Part shown: piece by piece, positions 21,001 through 30,352 of the stretch
Numbering within the stretch: position 1 is the first letter of the stretch
Layout of the letters: every line of letters starts with the position of its first letter
Source: a virus
Lineage: Duplodnaviria > Caudoviricetes
Length of the DNA stretch: 64,000 bases
Strand: one strand, 5' to 3'
IMG/VR virus record: IMGVR_UViG_3300042465_005116
Span: 64,001 to 128,000 of that record
Made by a program: the position numbers and the translations under genes
Notes under the pieces: generated by a model
Told to the model about the DNA's origin: nothing
The model's database searches: none
The model's input: the letters and a program-made list of their open reading frames with translations, nothing else

Positions 21001-23152
21001 ATTCACTTGAACTTACATATGAGTTAATTAAATCAGTAGAGGTATTAGAACCGCTTGAAATTAAATCATCTAATATTTGATATCCAATTTCATCACCAAT
21101 TGTTACATTAAAATTTGGTTTTAATGGTGTACAATCACTTTTTAATTCATCAATAATAGTAACTTGTTCTATTATAGGAATCGATTGAATTTTAGATATC
21201 CATAATTGTTGATTAGGTTGTATCTCACGAGGAAGTGGTTCATACAACTTTAAAACTAATGATTTTTGTTCTTTAGTTTTTGTACGAGTTCCCGTTTCTG
21301 CATCAGTTTTATATTCAGAAAAAGTTTCAGTATCAACTCCCCACGTTGCAATTAATTTATTATCACCATCACCTAAGTGCAGATAGTGAGTTAAAAATTT
21401 AGAAATTTCTTCTTCTAATATTTTTTGGTCTAAGTTAATTTCAAACGCACTTCTAATATCTGCAATTACACTACCTCTTCGTAATTTTAAATCTCCCTTA
21501 TCAAATAAAATGGAAATTCTTTCAATCTTACCTTCGGTTAATTCATCACCTTCTGCGTTAAACGGAACTAATAAAATTTCAAATTGAACTTTATCAGTAT
21601 CTTCATTAAATTGATTTTGTGCTTTCTTTAAAACATCTTCTACATTTAATGTAATTAAACCAGAAGGTGATAGTTTACCAAGTGCATATTGTTTATCATA
21701 CTTTGAGACATACATCTCAATGTAGTTTGTATTAATTGATTGCCAACTAATATCAAAATCAACATTAAATCCTTTAAAATCCGCACCTTTAATATTCTGC
21801 GGATAATTAATATGTGTAATATCTGGTCCTGGTAAATAGTATTTATTAACTACATTAATTGTAATCTTTGTAGTTTGACCACTACCTGCTCTATCTGAAC
21901 GAGGTTGTAAATAAACTATGTAGTTACCAACACCATTATAAAAATCGTTTTTAGATAAAACAATTGAACCATTTGGGGATAGGGTACGCTGGGTAGAACC
22001 TAATGAATAGATAATCTCCGATGCGTTAACACTATTATATGGTATGTTTAAATTATTATTACCTGCTATATTAAATTCAAACGATATACCTTCAGTTCGT
22101 AATGTAGGTGCATCTGCTTGGGGTATATTATCATTTGATTTTTTAGAAACGGAAATATTAACTATTACATTGTCAATTCCTGGTTCTAATTTAAAATCTA
22201 ATCTATCATACTTAACACTATTTCCTTTTGTAATTACTTCGTATATAACTGAATGTGTTTGTGTAGATAATCCATTTGAAATAAAATCAATACAATACCC
22301 ACCTGAACTAGGTGAAAAATCAAATTCAGTTCTTCCAGATGTAACATTTCCAGTTATACCATTTGTTGCACGATATGATATTAAATCATTTTGATAAACA
22401 TCACCATTTATTTGTATCCTTGCAACTGCTTCAGGAAGTGGGTCAATTGGTATTGGAAATGATTTTAAATCAAATTTTAATGTAGTACTTAATACAGCAT
22501 CAGTTTCAGTACTTGCTTCTAATATATTTTGTTGAATAAAATTACCATCAATTAATTTTTCAACTATTAATTGATAATAAGTAAAGTATACTAAACTTTC
22601 ATATACCTTTGGTCTTTCTTCCCTTTTTCTAATTACTGCGTTTGGATTATTGGGGTCTTGTTCAAACGTATAACCAATCACATCATCAAATGGAATTTCT
22701 ACCGGTATTTGTTTTCTATTTTCCTTTTTTAAAGTATAAACTTTATAAACATCTGAAGATTCTAATCCTGATTTTTGAAGTGTTATTTGTTTAGGAGTAA
22801 GTAATTCTTTTTGATTAAAACTTAATTGAGTAGGTGTTGTTTTTACATTTTGTATTACACCATCTACCAATACTATTCCATCTTGTGGATTAGATTGTAT
22901 TCCTATTTCAACTACTAAATTTTGTGTATTGTATACGTTAGTTGGTGCATAGGAACACGAACCATCATTATATGTAGCAGATGCGTTATAATTACTAGCA
23001 CGCGGGTCAGTACAACCAAATATTGGCGAGGTTGGGTTTCCCCCTCCGCCTCCGCCACCTCCGCCACGATTATCATTGACGAAATCATTGACGTACGCAG
23101 CATCTTGATTGTTTGGGGTATTACCTCCCTCTTGTTTATTCATTTCTGCCAT
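18077..23152 (-). CDS. Large baseplate wedge-like protein (gp7/P2-I-like segment plus LamG-like region)
   Basis: LPYLLKHKGTKRALSAAMACYG resembles baseplate wedge/tail-I proteins; LDEFRLWR LamG-like end; lies in the baseplate block. Confidence 0.6.
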   Translation of the reverse strand: MAEMNKQEGGNTPNNQDAAYVNDFVNDNRGGGGGGGGGNPTSPIFGCTDPRASNYNASATYNDGSCSYAPTNVYNTQNLVVEIGIQSNPQDGIVLVDGVIQNVKTTPTQLSFNQKELLTPKQITLQKSGLESSDVYKVYTLKKENRKQIPVEIPFDDVIGYTFEQDPNNPNAVIRKREERPKVYESLVYFTYYQLIVEKLIDGNFIQQNILEASTETDAVLSTTLKFDLKSFPIPIDPLPEAVARIQINGDVYQNDLISYRATNGITGNVTSGRTEFDFSPSSGGYCIDFISNGLSTQTHSVIYEVITKGNSVKYDRLDFKLEPGIDNVIVNISVSKKSNDNIPQADAPTLRTEGISFEFNIAGNNNLNIPYNSVNASEIIYSLGSTQRTLSPNGSIVLSKNDFYNGVGNYIVYLQPRSDRAGSGQTTKITINVVNKYYLPGPDITHINYPQNIKGADFKGFNVDFDISWQSINTNYIEMYVSKYDKQYALGKLSPSGLITLNVEDVLKKAQNQFNEDTDKVQFEILLVPFNAEGDELTEGKIERISILFDKGDLKLRRGSVIADIRSAFEINLDQKILEEEISKFLTHYLHLGDGDNKLIATWGVDTETFSEYKTDAETGTRTKTKEQKSLVLKLYEPLPREIQPNQQLWISKIQSIPIIEQVTIIDELKSDCTPLKPNFNVTIGDEIGYQILDDLISSGSNTSTDLINSYVSSSEFSLENLNIQYESGSTYAWSNFVKYSSAEERVKNFLYKVELIEFYDTKINFVSSSLSYTSGSVTSSLELQKHVQSKNKVKAGFDGFEKYLYTTSGSDGTLTYPGAGGYLVSQSTDSSVTDWYNGIIYDAQQYDYNNKNILVNNIPAHITNDAENAEFVLFLNMMGQHFDTLWSYTKGIAQSKKLEHKYEDGIGNDLIYHMLESLGWNADMGVQSQYLWEYAFGKNADGSSSSSMSGKSRQHQVWRRILNNLPYLLKHKGTKRALSAAMACYGVPSSMLTIMEYGGPNDPSTAATTTFTFDDRTCSLHFETGSFLQIPFKDYSDSNGTDFPNAIEFSINTLQSSVTQSLLRTDKWVLDLVPGTGSLAKLEFKITGSNVTESVSTDYIPFYNDAYTNIVLNRRTGSTTEVFELYFKEGFQGRIRNEANATLSLPIGSTTWKSGSILYVGEGLTGSLDEFRLWRTPLSESRIDNHTLLPDAIDGSHISASSVDLLFRLDFEYPKNLGVINNVKNVAILQTYTGSAVASGFSTTTTYPYQYIPYERTVTAKVPSSGLTVGNKFRFETQTLSGDLNYKSRATKKSFDQAPIDTDRLGLFFSPMKEVNMDILRSLGEFNIDDYIGNPADEYNDSYSDLTTLRNYYFQRYDLNTHEYIQLVRYIDKSLFETLESLVPARAKVSSGLLIEPHILERSKVKWNRPSAVNIQHQVTIDTNETTNQFASYQNINAFISTSNAIDLNVTNPQYSVKIQTQGDLNLVATNNSYNGEVDTFSTTNVFGTITTDSTKTMGGIFAPIDAKITGSIRGEYDQTEFTQVGLDKNSLSVAGFGLFGSNGNVIRTYRDVWGNFIKERNKVFLIKESYSKNIPENINALDKSMGTQLVSTTFYRTKVTILDWDGATPTVGGNIVEVTPLNGYFSTHYRNTGDLSTGLQNSYFNGSKQTSTTNILGGSPVQTFTTNPNILKVSDTGRGSGEPILVVD

Positions 23153-23196
23153 TTATCCTAATCCCTTATTTATATAAGTATCTTTTTATCTATTAC

Positions 23197-25029
23197 TTAT
23201 GTAAAATTTTGTAATGATTGTGTATCGAACTGTCCACCGCCTCCACCGCCGCCAAAACTACCATCATATCCTGCTCCACCACCGAATGTATTTCCGCCAC
23301 CGCCACCTCCGCCTGATATAGGAGTGCTTGGAGTAGTAGGTGTAGTTACACCACCACATGAACCTATAAATGTAACTCGTATATTCGGTCCTTCAGATAT
23401 AGTATTTTCAACTGCACATATTTCTACTGATTGACCGGGTAGTAATGAATGTATTGTTGCTGGTGCACCTGATGAATCTTTATAAAATATAGGAACAGAT
23501 GTTCCATTATTATAATTATATCCATTATTATTATAGTATTGATATCCATTATATCCCGTTCCGCCATACGAATCATATCCATTATAACCATATGGATTAT
23601 AGGTATAATATGAATCATTTAAAACTCTATATAATCCCGTTGTTAACACTTCTCTAATTTTTGGTACTTCTCTTACATCGCCACTAAATGACTCGATTGT
23701 TTGGTATGTAATTGTCAATGATTCATATTCTCTACCAAATACATTAGTTTGTTTATTACCATTCGCATCAGTAAATAGGATTCCACCTTCAGATGACCAA
23801 ACATAGAATGTTTTAGTTGTTGTTACTGCTCTGGTAACATCTGCGTATTTACAAGAACCATCATCTTCAACTGCAAATTTATTATAATTTAAAGCAGATG
23901 AATCCATACAACCTTTAATCTTTTCAATTGGAGTTGCATCTGGTATTGGATTGTATTGACATGAACCATCTGATTCAGTCGCCAATGGATTATAGTTCTT
24001 AGCGTTTCTATCAGTACATCCTCTAACTACTCCTTGTTTGTTACCGATACCAGTAGCCTCATTTGTATTAGCACTGATTATTGATTTTAAAATTTCTTTG
24101 GTTGCATCTAATGTAATTTGTTCTTCTTTTGTTAATATATTATCTTCTTGTATATCTTGTTTAGGTAAATAAAAACTTATAATTTGAATAAGTGAACTAA
24201 TTATAAATTCTTTTATTTTAACTATTGATAATTCTATTGGTTTTGCACTAGGAAGTGGTTTACCATAGTTAAGAGAAGTTATATTAGTATCTCTATTACC
24301 AATAAAATGTTTAGTAGTCTCAACTAATTTTTCTCTAATTGTATTTATAAAATTTTCCCAATTTTGAATTTTGAATTCGGTTTGAATTAACTTTCTATAT
24401 TGTTCTCCCTCTGCAATCGTTCCCTTTTGCATTAAGAATGATTTTAGAATATTTTCTACTTTTAATGATTGTATAAATGGTTCTACAAAATAAATTGTAT
24501 CATCTTTAAATTGACCATCTTTTAATAAAATATTTAATCTGATATCTAAATCTTCAATTGTATTTTCATTAACATCTTTTAATGGTAAAACTCTGATTTC
24601 AGTACGAGATGGTGATATTTCATGTATCCATAATTTATCCTTATCAACTGTTTCAGAACCAACTCTTCTATTTAATAGGGTTGTTTGAGTTTTAAATATA
24701 CCATTAGAATAGCCAGAATCTCTTACTAATTTTTCAGTATCAATAATATATTCCCTAGCACCATTTGTTTTTATATTAGATTTATTTTCACTAAAAATAA
24801 AATATTTTGTAATATTTGCATCATCTAAAAAAATATATCTAACTAAATCTCCATTCTCACCTTGTGGTAATAAATTATCACTAGAATCATACAATATAAA
24901 TTCAATAGTATCGGCATCACCTAACCCAAAGTAAGATTTGGCAACTTCTTTTTCAAAAATTGCTCTATCTTTACTATCAACTTTGTAGCCTTTTTTATCT
25001 ACTATTTCTTTGAATTGATTTATTGCCAT
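23197..25029 (-). CDS. Virion-associated protein with two GCxD..NYN..DGSC repeats and Tyr/Gly/Asn low-complexity segments
   Basis: GCTDRNAKNYNPLATESDGSCQY and GCMDSSALNYNKFAVEDDGSCKY; position in structural block. Confidence 0.5.
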   Translation of the reverse strand: MAINQFKEIVDKKGYKVDSKDRAIFEKEVAKSYFGLGDADTIEFILYDSSDNLLPQGENGDLVRYIFLDDANITKYFIFSENKSNIKTNGAREYIIDTEKLVRDSGYSNGIFKTQTTLLNRRVGSETVDKDKLWIHEISPSRTEIRVLPLKDVNENTIEDLDIRLNILLKDGQFKDDTIYFVEPFIQSLKVENILKSFLMQKGTIAEGEQYRKLIQTEFKIQNWENFINTIREKLVETTKHFIGNRDTNITSLNYGKPLPSAKPIELSIVKIKEFIISSLIQIISFYLPKQDIQEDNILTKEEQITLDATKEILKSIISANTNEATGIGNKQGVVRGCTDRNAKNYNPLATESDGSCQYNPIPDATPIEKIKGCMDSSALNYNKFAVEDDGSCKYADVTRAVTTTKTFYVWSSEGGILFTDANGNKQTNVFGREYESLTITYQTIESFSGDVREVPKIREVLTTGLYRVLNDSYYTYNPYGYNGYDSYGGTGYNGYQYYNNNGYNYNNGTSVPIFYKDSSGAPATIHSLLPGQSVEICAVENTISEGPNIRVTFIGSCGGVTTPTTPSTPISGGGGGGGNTFGGGAGYDGSFGGGGGGGQFDTQSLQNFT

Positions 25030-26114
25030 GCTAGTATTTTTCTTTTACTCATTTGTTTATTATAAACATAATAACAATATTGTTTACCAAATTTATGAAT
25101 TAACTTTCCTATCCAATTATCGTTAGGTAGGATTCCAACTTCGTATGCCATATGTTCTGTCCACGGCTTTACCATTGTATAAATCCATTTTGTATATTGT
25201 GGTTTTGCTTTCATAAAGTTAACCACATTCTTAGCCCACATCATATATCCTAAAACTAATGATGGGTCTTTCTTATACATCATTTCACCATATAGTTCAT
25301 CCGCGTTCCAAATATGTTGAGGTAAGAATCCTTGTTTGTAAAGTTCATTACAAATAATCTTTTTCTTTTTGGTATTGGCAAGTTGTGCTTGGGTGGCTGA
25401 TGCACTTGCGGTTGCAGCAGCTGCTTGGGCCTGTGATGCTGTAATTTGAGCTTGTGCTAGTAATTGTTGTGCGTTTGTAACTTGATTTTGTAATTCAATT
25501 GCCCTTGCATTTGCAGCTTCTAATTGTGCAGTTAAATTCTTTTGTAATTCATCAAAGGTTTGTTTCTCGGCCTGTAATCCTCTAAGTTGTGCTTCTAATG
25601 AAACCCTTTCAATACCTTCTTTAATACCCTTTGAAAGTGCATTTTGAAAATCTTGAATTAGCGAAACATATTTATTATTTGTAATTTGTGATTCGTTCTC
25701 TGCCGATGCTCTTAATAATCTTTCTACATCTATTTGAGTAGCCAATGCCTCGTTTGCAGTATTTAGAGTTTCAATCTCAGCCAGGGCATCACTTAATTGT
25801 TTACTTAAATCAGTATTTTTTCCTAATGATTCATTATATAATGTTTCTAATCTATCGTATGTTTTTTGAGGAACAACTTTTGGTTGTGGTTTAGCAGGTG
25901 CTGCTATTAATTCATCAACAACTACATTAACTGCTTTTTTTAATTGCTCTTCATTATACTTTGGTCTTTCAACATAACCAGAAGTTTCACCATCAAAATC
26001 TTCAGCAGTGGGTTTGACATAAAAAGTATGATTACCTTGCTCGTTTTGAGAGGTAATCACAGCAGAACCACTTGATATTAATTCTGAAACTCTAAATTCG
26101 TTTTGTAATGACAT
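25020..26114 (-). CDS. Coiled-coil virion-associated protein with a distinct C-terminal domain
   Basis: Long Ala/Gln/Glu heptad region, then KKKKIICNELYKQG...GYMMWAK. Confidence 0.5.
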   Translation of the reverse strand: MSLQNEFRVSELISSGSAVITSQNEQGNHTFYVKPTAEDFDGETSGYVERPKYNEEQLKKAVNVVVDELIAAPAKPQPKVVPQKTYDRLETLYNESLGKNTDLSKQLSDALAEIETLNTANEALATQIDVERLLRASAENESQITNNKYVSLIQDFQNALSKGIKEGIERVSLEAQLRGLQAEKQTFDELQKNLTAQLEAANARAIELQNQVTNAQQLLAQAQITASQAQAAAATASASATQAQLANTKKKKIICNELYKQGFLPQHIWNADELYGEMMYKKDPSLVLGYMMWAKNVVNFMKAKPQYTKWIYTMVKPWTEHMAYEVGILPNDNWIGKLIHKFGKQYCYYVYNKQMSKRKILAWQ

Positions 26115-26117
26115 ATC

Positions 26118-27182
26118 TTATTTCTCTATTGTAAACGTTAAATCTTTATCTGAAAAATATTCTATTACACCACTTCTATCTATTTTTATTTCAACATAAT
26201 AACTTCTATTAGTTTCCCAATTCGTTAAATTTAATTTGAAATAATTTCCGTTACTATTACAACTTACTTTTGTATAATCACTAAATGGAATAATAACCTC
26301 ATCAGTAATAACATCTTTAATTTGATAATAAGTTGTAGATGGTAAATATTTTATATCGTTATATGCAAAGGTATTTGAGTAAGTTTTAAGTGGATATTTT
26401 TCTCTAGCAAAAACTCCAATTTCAGGAGTACTTCCTACTTTATATTTTGTTTTTAATTTTTTAAATGTTACATGAATATCATCAGAAGTCAGTTGAGTTA
26501 ACGAACCCGTTATAAATGATTGGTCATTCCAACCAATTCTAACCTTTGGTTGATATATGGTATTGGTTTCTTTTGAAAAGAATTTTAATTGGCCATAATC
26601 TTCCGTATCATTTTCTAATACACTCGAATGTCTTAAAATTATACCCTCATTTGGTAAAGAACCTGATATCCAAGAAGTAAACATAGTTTTTACATTCATA
26701 TTAATATCTGCACTTTGATAACTAAATGATTGTGATGTTGCTGAACCAGTCCACCATACACCACCCTTACCATTATATGAACCCGTTACACTACCTGTAA
26801 TATATAATTCATTTGTAATCCAATCTATTCCAGTTGTTCTATGATTCCATGTAACACCATCCGTTGAGATATCATCAAAACGAGTACCAATTCCCATATC
26901 CCAACTTTGTGTAATTGGATTTGCATAGATTACATAATCTATTGGTATTTCATTTGCTTCACATTCTCTAAGAATTAATTCTGCAGAACTCATAGTAACC
27001 GCACCACTAGCAAGAGATGCAGAAAGAGCAGTTGTTTCAAACTTTATTAGAGTATGAGCAACATCTTTTGAATTTCCATAATAAGTTTTAGAAATTTCTA
27101 ATATTTCATCTAAACCAGTGTTTTGAGTTGGTTGTTGTAAATAGATTGTTGCATCTTTTGATGCTGTTAAAAAAGTATACAT
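26118..27182 (-). CDS. Structural protein with DNRLRE/CBM96-like domain
   Basis: ASKDATIY...NTGLDEILEI...TLIKF...SAELILR...P+L pattern; sits directly after gp6. Confidence 0.5.
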   Translation of the reverse strand: MYTFLTASKDATIYLQQPTQNTGLDEILEISKTYYGNSKDVAHTLIKFETTALSASLASGAVTMSSAELILRECEANEIPIDYVIYANPITQSWDMGIGTRFDDISTDGVTWNHRTTGIDWITNELYITGSVTGSYNGKGGVWWTGSATSQSFSYQSADINMNVKTMFTSWISGSLPNEGIILRHSSVLENDTEDYGQLKFFSKETNTIYQPKVRIGWNDQSFITGSLTQLTSDDIHVTFKKLKTKYKVGSTPEIGVFAREKYPLKTYSNTFAYNDIKYLPSTTYYQIKDVITDEVIIPFSDYTKVSCNSNGNYFKLNLTNWETNRSYYVEIKIDRSGVIEYFSDKDLTFTIEK

Positions 27183-29200
27183 TAAACAACCCTCCCTTTA
27201 ATATCTTTTGCTGGAAACTTAACTTCAAATATTGATGGGTCTAATGATGGGTACACCATTTTACCTTTTGTTGCTTCTGCAATGTTATATGAATTACTTG
27301 AATATTGACCTAAACATTTATTTACTATTTCACATTTTGGAACTGACTGAACTCCTTCTATTCCTGCAATTAATAATTCTAATTCACTTATGTTAATTGC
27401 CATATTAAATGTCCAATCATCTATATTAAAGTAATTTGTAATTTCATCAATACATCTTACTAATACTTCCCTTTTATTATATCCACTATAAGTTCTAATT
27501 TCAAAATCAACACCAATGTTTATAATAAATCCATCCATTAAATTCACACCATCTGTCAACAAACGATATTCATTTAAATAAGTTTTAAGATTTTCTTTTA
27601 GTGCCTGATTTGTTCCAATTTGAACTAAATTCTTATTAGAATTATATCCTAAAATATATAAGTTAATTGCAAATGGATTATTCTTTTCGTTTGTATTATT
27701 TTTCTTTCCTACTAAAAATTTGTTAACCGCATCTTTAATTTCCATTTCACTCTTACCTTGCAAACTTGTTACAATACCTGTAAATTCACTTAGAGTATCT
27801 GGGTTTGCGAGAATAGATGATGGTGAGTTATTATCCAATTCTCCATCCGGTGCACAATATGCTTTAGCAATACCACCATACTTTGCAGGAAGTGATAAGG
27901 CTCTTACTTGATAATCTTTACGAGTCACTGCTCGGTTTTGAGAACCAAACGTTGCCAGGGCGTTCTCTCTAATTTCATCAATAGTTTCCGCTCCCCTTGC
28001 CCCATTTGCTGCTGTTTCGTTTTCAACTGCAATTGAACCCTTAGCTACTCTATATGCCGCCAATTCATCTCCACTAAGTGAAATTGTATCTTCATCAAAG
28101 GAAACGTTTGTTATTCTATTTATTTCACCTTTTGGGGTATTTGCTGAAATACCACCACCCACTAAGTACGAAACTGTAATAGTAGTATTAGCAGGTGCCT
28201 GACCATAACTCCTTGTCTTTAAAAAGTTTGCAGGGTCGAATGATGCACCTAAATTATCTATTGATGAATTTAACCCTAATCCCACATTTTTAAAATTTGG
28301 TATAAGAGTTTCATCAGATGAAGTAGAATTACCACCACCAAATACAATTGTTGTAGTATTATCCGGGTTTACCTTTGTTACAAATCTACGAGAAGTTTTT
28401 ATTAACTTTAAAATATTCGCAACTGAATCTTTAAATTGAACTAAATCTTTATCAGTTTGGTTTGATACCGGATAATCAACAAATACCATCTCTTGTGCAA
28501 GATATGGAACTTCATACCATTTATTTCCACTACTATCTCTTACATCATATATTTGAATTATATTTGTTTCTGCCAAATCTATTTTTGAAAATTCTTGTGC
28601 AGTTCCAAATGCAATATCTACTGTCTTTAATTCTGCAGATATTGCATTAACATACTTTTTAACTAAATAAAAGGTTGGTTCGTTATCAGTATCTTTTCTA
28701 TATATTGTAATCTCTCTTTCATCATCAACACTAAAATCTAATAGCTCAGTTGTTCTAAATAGTGTACCGGTTGTATTTGCTTCTACTACCATCCCCTCTT
28801 TAACTCTAAGAAAATAATCAGAATCAGGCCTATTATTTACACCTAATCCAGTTGCAGGAACTAATTGATAAACTGATAATCTTACTAATGCAGGTGATGT
28901 TACTTTTGGTTTGTATCCTAAATATTGTGCAAGTGCGATAACATTTTCTTTATCTTCCGCATATAACATTAAGGATTCTTTTAATGTATCATCTATATAA
29001 TACCCCAAAACATCTCCAATATACGATGCCATTTCGATGAACATCATACCCGGTGAGGTTTCGTTAAAATCTGAATATGTTTGTGGGAAATAAGTTTTTG
29101 CGTACTCAATTAAGTTTTGACGGAAACCGGCAAAATCTTTATTAAGATATTTTATATCTCTACCTTGATTACTTTTTCTTGTTATACTATTTAATGCCAT
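27182..29200 (-). CDS. Baseplate wedge subunit (T4 gp6 / baseplate J-like)
   Basis: KDFAGFRQNLIEY, MFIEMASYIGDVL.YY, GGGISAN, ETIDEIRENA...RAVTRKDY. Confidence 0.88.
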   Translation of the reverse strand: MALNSITRKSNQGRDIKYLNKDFAGFRQNLIEYAKTYFPQTYSDFNETSPGMMFIEMASYIGDVLGYYIDDTLKESLMLYAEDKENVIALAQYLGYKPKVTSPALVRLSVYQLVPATGLGVNNRPDSDYFLRVKEGMVVEANTTGTLFRTTELLDFSVDDEREITIYRKDTDNEPTFYLVKKYVNAISAELKTVDIAFGTAQEFSKIDLAETNIIQIYDVRDSSGNKWYEVPYLAQEMVFVDYPVSNQTDKDLVQFKDSVANILKLIKTSRRFVTKVNPDNTTTIVFGGGNSTSSDETLIPNFKNVGLGLNSSIDNLGASFDPANFLKTRSYGQAPANTTITVSYLVGGGISANTPKGEINRITNVSFDEDTISLSGDELAAYRVAKGSIAVENETAANGARGAETIDEIRENALATFGSQNRAVTRKDYQVRALSLPAKYGGIAKAYCAPDGELDNNSPSSILANPDTLSEFTGIVTSLQGKSEMEIKDAVNKFLVGKKNNTNEKNNPFAINLYILGYNSNKNLVQIGTNQALKENLKTYLNEYRLLTDGVNLMDGFIINIGVDFEIRTYSGYNKREVLVRCIDEITNYFNIDDWTFNMAINISELELLIAGIEGVQSVPKCEIVNKCLGQYSSNSYNIAEATKGKMVYPSLDPSIFEVKFPAKDIKGRVV

Positions 29201-29205
29201 TATTA

Positions 29206-29637
29206 TTATCCCCTAACTGTAAAAGTTATTTCTTGTGTTTCAATTGTATTTCCGACCGTAAACTGAATTGTCATATGTGCTGTGTGGTTATCCTTCATAG
29301 CATCAGTCATTTCTACATCAATTTCTTCAATATTAATATATGGTAACCAATAACTGACAGTTTGGGTAATTACATCTTGTAATTGTGATTCAAACGTATC
29401 ATCCATTGGTTCAAACAAAAGTGATTGTAATCCTGTACCAAACTCTGGTTGCATTACTCTTTCACCTTTTGCCGTTAATAGTAAATTTTTTAAATTTGCT
29501 TTTGCTTGTTCGAAAGATGTAAAGGCTTGTTCAAAATAACCAGTATTACCTCTTTTAATAGGTAAAGTTATTCCATACGCGTAAGAATCAAATTCTTGCG
29601 TATCCTTTACAATTTTACTACCAAGTACATAAGCCAT
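29206..29637 (-). CDS. Baseplate wedge subunit gp25 (GPW/gp25 family)
   Basis: NLKNLLLTAKGERVMQPEFGTGLQSLLFE...WLPYINIEEI. Confidence 0.92.
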   Translation of the reverse strand: MAYVLGSKIVKDTQEFDSYAYGITLPIKRGNTGYFEQAFTSFEQAKANLKNLLLTAKGERVMQPEFGTGLQSLLFEPMDDTFESQLQDVITQTVSYWLPYINIEEIDVEMTDAMKDNHTAHMTIQFTVGNTIETQEITFTVRG

Positions 29638-29638
29638 A

Positions 29639-30271
29639 TTATTTCTTAAACCTCTTAACTAATTCCGAATTATCTCTATTTAAAATTCTGTCTAATCCTG
29701 CTAATCCAGTCGTAACACCTAACCCACCTTTTTTAATACCACTTCCTCCCATATCACCATATCCCATTTTAGAAGCCATTTGACTTCTCATTGTTTCAAT
29801 CCCACCTTGTGCACCGCCTCCGTATGATATTGTTTCATCTATATCAGGTTCTGCATCCATATAGTTTGGAATATGTGAATTTGAGTAACTTTCATTTATT
29901 GGTTGTTCCATTTGGTAATTATCTAAAATAGATGAACCACCTCCCACTTGTCCCGCACTTCTTTGTGCAGCAGTAAATGGTTTTGTTTGGTTTAGTATTT
30001 CATTTATAGTTGAATTTCTACTCAATTGTTTTACTGGTTGAACTTGTCTTACTTCTTCTTTAATAGTAGTAGTAGTTGTTCTATCTTTTTCCAATAATAG
30101 AGTTGCTAATTCAAACGGGTCAACTTCTTCCAAAATATCCTTTTTAGGTTTTGGAGCAGAAGTTTCGTTCAATAACTTACTAACTTCCTCCTTAATCATT
30201 TTAGGAAGCTGTTTCTTAATTTCTTGTTCTACAACTAATTTGATTAGTTGTGCTAATTTTTTAGAATCCAT
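29639..30271 (-). CDS. Hypothetical late protein rich in I/L-x-E motifs
   Basis: 210-aa ORF; late motif at 30295-30302. Confidence 0.6.
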   Translation of the reverse strand: MDSKKLAQLIKLVVEQEIKKQLPKMIKEEVSKLLNETSAPKPKKDILEEVDPFELATLLLEKDRTTTTTIKEEVRQVQPVKQLSRNSTINEILNQTKPFTAAQRSAGQVGGGSSILDNYQMEQPINESYSNSHIPNYMDAEPDIDETISYGGGAQGGIETMRSQMASKMGYGDMGGSGIKKGGLGVTTGLAGLDRILNRDNSELVKRFKK

Positions 30272-30352
30272 TTTAAAAATATTTGTTAACTTACTATAAA
30301 TATATGTTTTGAGTATTTTGCATTTTTATAAAGGATTTTAACCTAATTTATA

